A DNA stretch of 64,000 nucleotides from Methanofastidiosum sp. (GTDB taxonomy: Archaea > Methanobacteriota_B > Thermococci > Methanofastidiosales > Methanofastidiosaceae): positions 830,796 to 894,795 of the forward strand of contig JAXGZJ010000001.1 of NCBI GenBank assembly GCA_040771805.1, written 5' to 3'. The translations under genes were made by a program, and so were the position numbers. This document shows, in pieces, positions 60,108 through 64,000 of the stretch. Every line of letters begins with the position of its first letter. Positions within the stretch are counted from its first letter, which is position 1. The notes below the pieces were generated by a model. It saw only the letters and a program-made list of their open reading frames with translations, made no database searches and had not been told where the DNA came from.

Positions 60108-61219
60108 ACCACTTTGAACCCTTCTATCATGTTTTCTGCATTTTTACTCATACCCAGCAAACCGTGTTTTAAGGAATATATGACGCAACTAACTTCAATT
60201 TTATTTTGTGTACGTTTAGTGCATCTTTCTGATATCTTCTCGGCCAGTATATTGAAAACATCTTTTAATCCATCCTTTAATATGTAATCAACTGCCTCTT
60301 CGGTAGTGTTACTCTCCATGATTTCTTTAATTAATCTTGTGTCACATTTAATTAAGGCACAATTTGCAGCAAGTGTTTCCATCCTCGAATCAGTTATTTT
60401 GCTGTGTGTGTTAAAGGAGCCTGATGCCACCTTTACAAGTTTACCAATATGCCCCACTAAGAGGATTTTTTCAATACCAAATTCACAAGCTTTGTCCAGC
60501 ATGTCTCCAACAAAGTTACTTATTTTTACAGAAGGTATTTTATCGAGATTTAGCTCTTTCTTTAGAAAATTAATACCATAATTTCCTGGGACAAATATAA
60601 TATTTTTTTCTCCTTCCTCTTTTAGGATGGATATTTCAAGTATAATAGCTTCCTTCAGTGCCTCTTCTGACATTGGCTCTACTATCCCTGAGGTGCCAAT
60701 AATAGATATACCACCAACTATCCCAAGATCCGGATTAAATGTTTTTTTTGAAACTTCTTCACCCTTTGGGACAAATATTTCTATCTTAATCCCACAATCG
60801 TTAGGTAATATCTCTGAGACTGATTCACGAATCATTTTTAACGGCACAGGATTTATTGCATAACTACCAACAGGTATTGAAAGGCCTTTTTTAGTTACTT
60901 TTCCAACTCCTTTTCCACCTGTAATTGTAATCCCATTTTCAGCTTTTTTGACTCTCGCGCATATTTCTAATCTATTTGTAACATCAGGGTCATCACCTGC
61001 ATCTTTAATAACGCAGCAGGCCACTGAATCTTTTTCTATGATAATATTATGCAGATCTAGAGATAAATCCCATCCTTTTGGAGTTACAATTGAAACTTGA
61101 TTAATCTTCTTGTTACTAAATAGCATAAAAGCTGCCGCTTTTGATGCTGCAGCCGCACATGTGCCAGTAGTATAACCATATCTTAATTTCTTACCGTTCT
61201 TTATAATAAACTTTTCCAT
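60104..61219 (-). CDS. cbiD: Cobalt-precorrin-5B C1-methyltransferase
   Basis: LRYGYTTGTCAAAASKAA N-terminal motif characteristic of CbiD. Confidence 0.8.
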   Translation of the reverse strand: MEKFIIKNGKKLRYGYTTGTCAAAASKAAAFMLFSNKKINQVSIVTPKGWDLSLDLHNIIIEKDSVACCVIKDAGDDPDVTNRLEICARVKKAENGITITGGKGVGKVTKKGLSIPVGSYAINPVPLKMIRESVSEILPNDCGIKIEIFVPKGEEVSKKTFNPDLGIVGGISIIGTSGIVEPMSEEALKEAIILEISILKEEGEKNIIFVPGNYGINFLKKELNLDKIPSVKISNFVGDMLDKACEFGIEKILLVGHIGKLVKVASGSFNTHSKITDSRMETLAANCALIKCDTRLIKEIMESNTTEEAVDYILKDGLKDVFNILAEKISERCTKRTQNKIEVSCVIYSLKHGLLGMSKNAENMIEGFKVV

Positions 61220-61232
61220 AGGAATACCTGGA

Positions 61233-61865
61233 TTACTCTATCATGTAAAGCAAGGCATTAATTATTGCTGCTCCAACTGTGCTTCCACCTTTACGACCAA
61301 GAGTTGTTATATATGGAACTTTAGTTTTAATCAAAGCTTCTTTTGACTCCGCTGCACCAACAAAACCAACTGGTACCCCGACGATAAGGTCGGGGAATAA
61401 TTTCTTTGAATTAATTGCATCGATAAGTGTAAAAAGAGCCGTGGGTGCATTTCCATTTACAAATATCTTTATCTTATCGTTGAGTATTGCCTTTTCCATT
61501 GCTGCCATAGATCTAGTTACGCCTTTTGATCTTGATTCTTCAATAACGTCATCATCACTTACGTAGCATAATACCTTGCCACCAAACTTTGAGAGAATTC
61601 TTTTGTTTATTCCTTCCGAAGCCATTTTTGTATCAGTATAAATATAAGATCCTTTTTTCAGAGATTCAATAGCATTGTCAATGGCCCCTTCGCTTATCTT
61701 AATAATACTTGCATACTCAAAGTCGGCCGTTGTATGTATGACTCTCTTTATAACTTTACCATGACTTTCTTCAAATTTAATATCTCCTAACTCTTTTGTA
61801 ATTATTTCAAAACTCTTTTTTTCAATTTTAACAGGATCCTTTTCAAATTCAATCATTTTGTTCAA
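61233..61865 (-). CDS. cbiC: Cobalt-precorrin-8 methylmutase
   Basis: ~210-aa protein of CbiC/CobH size with a conserved His-containing VIHTTADFEY segment. Confidence 0.75.
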   Translation of the reverse strand: MNKMIEFEKDPVKIEKKSFEIITKELGDIKFEESHGKVIKRVIHTTADFEYASIIKISEGAIDNAIESLKKGSYIYTDTKMASEGINKRILSKFGGKVLCYVSDDDVIEESRSKGVTRSMAAMEKAILNDKIKIFVNGNAPTALFTLIDAINSKKLFPDLIVGVPVGFVGAAESKEALIKTKVPYITTLGRKGGSTVGAAIINALLYMIE

Positions 61866-62752
61866 CTCAAGCCATTATTTAATATATCTTCAATCATTTT
61901 GTAATTAAGTTCTTTTTGTGATAAATATAAAAAGTTATCAATATTTTCAATCCAAATATTTCTGATATCCTCTGTATTACAGTTTATTTGTGAGGAAATA
62001 TTTTTCATACCCAGACTATCCTCTTCAGGGAACATAAAATTATGGTAAGACAACACGCCCAAGGTAGGCACCCTAGTTATTTTTTCAAGTTGGATTATTC
62101 CGCTTGCCAGTATGGAACGTTCTCCTCTAAATTTATTAATTATAAATCCTTTAACATATTTCTTATGTTCGGCGGGGAGAAGAGAAAAAGTTCCATACAA
62201 TCCGGCGAATACTCCACCGATATCTATATCGCCAACAATAATTACTGGGGATTTTGTGATTTCTGCTGTTTTCATATTAGCTATGTCATACTTGGAAATA
62301 TTAATCTCAACAGGTGAACCTGACCCCTCACAAATGACTATGTCATATTTTTTTGAAAGATTTAAGTAGCAGTCATGTATTTCCTTTAATAATTCCGCTC
62401 TAATGTTTTCCATTTCAGATTTCTTAAAATCCCCCAATGGTTTTCCTTTAAGAATAATCTGATATGAACTATTCCCCTTTGGCTTTAGTAGAATTGGATT
62501 CATATCATATTCAGGTTCTATGTTAGAAACCCATGCTTGGAAACTCTGGGATATGCTTATTTCATGGCCTTTATCTGTGATGAAGGAGTTTAGGGATAAA
62601 TTTTGAGCTTTGAATGGTGCAACTGAAAATCCTTTTTTATAAAAATACCTACATAATAAAGCTGTTAGAATACTTTTCCCAGCTCCTGATGTTGCTGCCT
62701 GGACCATTAAGGATAAGCTCATGGTGAATCCTCCAAGCCAATAATAGTGCAA
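61862..62752 (-). CDS. CobQ/CbiP-like ATPase-domain-only paralog (no glutamine amidotransferase domain)
   Basis: P-loop MVQAATSGAGKS, VAPFKAQNLSLNS and MNPILLKP motifs of the cobyric acid synthase N-domain; ORF ends before any GATase motifs. Confidence 0.6.
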   Translation of the reverse strand: MHYYWLGGFTMSLSLMVQAATSGAGKSILTALLCRYFYKKGFSVAPFKAQNLSLNSFITDKGHEISISQSFQAWVSNIEPEYDMNPILLKPKGNSSYQIILKGKPLGDFKKSEMENIRAELLKEIHDCYLNLSKKYDIVICEGSGSPVEINISKYDIANMKTAEITKSPVIIVGDIDIGGVFAGLYGTFSLLPAEHKKYVKGFIINKFRGERSILASGIIQLEKITRVPTLGVLSYHNFMFPEEDSLGMKNISSQINCNTEDIRNIWIENIDNFLYLSQKELNYKMIEDILNNGLS

Positions 62753-64000
62753 AGTTGATGCATATCTATATTTTCTTCAAAAGTTTTCGCTAGCTTCTCA
62801 AGGCTTAAATCTATTACATGATTATAGTCAAAGTATGTCTCTTTAGTTGTATCTATTTTCTTAGATATCAAACTTAAAAAATATTTTCTAAATGAAGGTA
62901 AATCAAATATGCCATGTATATATGTTCCCATTACTTTGAGATTAGTATCTATGCAACCTTCAAAATGTGTCCCGTTAACATCGTATATTTGAAAAATTGG
63001 TTTATTTCCATGTGTTATTGTTTTACCTGTATGGATTTCATAGCCTCGGACAAGGCCATCCCCTACTCTGTATTCTTCGAGGACTTTACCATTCACCTGT
63101 ACAGTTTTTTTATCATATAAGTCAAAGTAAGTAGAAACATCTAGAAGATCCAGGCCTTCGTACTCTGCTTCGCCTTCGCCTTCCATGCCTTTGTCAATAA
63201 TTTTTTTACCAAGCATTTGGTATCCGCCACATATTCCAATTATGGGGATAGAGCCTGACCTTTTTTTTATTGATTCAAAGAATCCTTTTTGTTTTAACCA
63301 TTTTAAATCTTCAACGGTATTTTTAGTTCCTGGGATAATAATTGCATCGACCTTCTTGACTTTTGTTGGATCATCAATAAAAATCACTGAAACATTTTTC
63401 TCTAAATCTAGTGCATCAAAATCTGTAAAATTAGATATCCTTGGAAGTTTGATTACACCTATTAAAATTTTTGAACTGTCCATCTCTTCTGACTTTATAA
63501 ACATTGAATCTTCCATTGGAAGATTAAGCTCTATATGTGGAACAATGCCCAAAACTGGGACACCGACTAATCTTTCAATTTCTTCTATTCCGTTATGAAG
63601 AGAAGATTTATCTCCCCTTAGATTATTTATTATTACTCCTTTGAACCGTTTCCTATCTTTATCATGAAGTAAGTTCAATGTTCCATAGATATATGCAAAA
63701 GATCCACCCCATTCTATATTGACAACTAATATACATGGAGCGTCTGCAATCTCCGCAGTTTTCATATTTGCTATTTCACTATCCCTTATGTTAATTTCTG
63801 TCGGACTTCCTGCTCCTTCGATTACAACGACATCATTTAATCTTCTAAGAAAATGGAGATTGCTCCTTACAATTTCAAGGCCTTTTGACCTTGTAAAGGA
63901 ATAATACTCTTCAACGTCCATATCTTTGTAAGGTTTCCCCTCAATTACAACTTGAGATACGTTGTCCTTTTTCGGTTTCAACAGGATAGGATTCATGTAT
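62719..64000 (-). CDS. cobQ: Cobyric acid synthase-like amidotransferase (CobQ/CbiP or CbiA family), 5'-truncated by the window edge
   Basis: MNPILLKP...VIEGAGSP ATPase-domain motifs plus C-terminal GATase motifs (PRISNFTDFD, GICGGYQMLG, H-containing YIHGIF); P-loop region lies beyond 64000. Confidence 0.7.
   Translation of the reverse strand, partial: YMNPILLKPKKDNVSQVVIEGKPYKDMDVEEYYSFTRSKGLEIVRSNLHFLRRLNDVVVIEGAGSPTEINIRDSEIANMKTAEIADAPCILVVNIEWGGSFAYIYGTLNLLHDKDRKRFKGVIINNLRGDKSSLHNGIEEIERLVGVPVLGIVPHIELNLPMEDSMFIKSEEMDSSKILIGVIKLPRISNFTDFDALDLEKNVSVIFIDDPTKVKKVDAIIIPGTKNTVEDLKWLKQKGFFESIKKRSGSIPIIGICGGYQMLGKKIIDKGMEGEGEAEYEGLDLLDVSTYFDLYDKKTVQVNGKVLEEYRVGDGLVRGYEIHTGKTITHGNKPIFQIYDVNGTHFEGCIDTNLKVMGTYIHGIFDLPSFRKYFLSLISKKIDTTKETYFDYNHVIDLSLEKLAKTFEENIDMHQLCTIIGLEDSP

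Noticed and set aside
61862-62752. 296-aa CobQ-like ORF as a simple frameshifted fragment of a full-length cobQ
   Set aside because: Translations of the downstream sequence belong to cbiC and show no GATase motifs; its stop overlaps the cbiC start, as expected for an intact coupled gene. It is kept as a finding, not dismissed.
1-64000. CRISPR arrays, rRNA genes and further tRNAs
   Set aside because: No regularly spaced direct repeats were seen and no other GC-rich structured segments apart from the tRNA at 41345..41419 and the IS remnant; intergenic regions are short and AT-rich.

Overview
Archaeal chromosomal window (AT-rich, roughly 30% GC by eye, not computed), almost entirely coding, with most genes on the minus strand. 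Lineage is not determinable from sequence alone; gene content is methanogen-like (Frh-type [NiFe] hydrogenase, FmdE-like domain, FTR-like disulfide reductase, anaerobic cbi pathway). Content in order: partial sensor histidine kinase; geranylgeranyl reductase; pyrF-pyrE-pyrD with two amidohydrolases; a RecJ-like DHH protein divergent from trm1; FTR-like reductase plus glutaredoxin; a MoaD/SAMP-like protein; XPB helicase; a complete A-type ATPase operon (atpHIKECFABD) preceded by the TBP gene; bioY; ATP-dependent DNA ligase; a large beta-propeller/TPR surface protein; an frhA-frhD-frhG/B operon with fused G and B subunits; thrC; tRNA-Phe(GAA); two paralogous BtuFCD/FepBCD-type ABC importer operons, each carrying a non-transporter enzyme (a SAM methyltransferase; TsaA/YaeB-like proteins, one fused to FmdE); a GC-rich IS5-like transposase pseudogene; the cbiMNQO cobalt ECF transporter; and a cbiJ-H-G-F-L-T-E-D-C cluster preceded by two cobQ-like genes (one truncated by the window edge). 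The most interesting unexplained signal is a near-perfect 21-bp palindrome (ATGGATGGTGACACCATCCAT) present twice: over the predicted transcription start of cbiMNQO, and immediately upstream of two tandem, untracked small zinc-ribbon ORFs sharing a CxxCKC-x9-CxxC motif. This suggests a shared operator and a small regulon tied to cobalt/corrinoid uptake. All calls rest on motif recognition by eye; no database searches were run.
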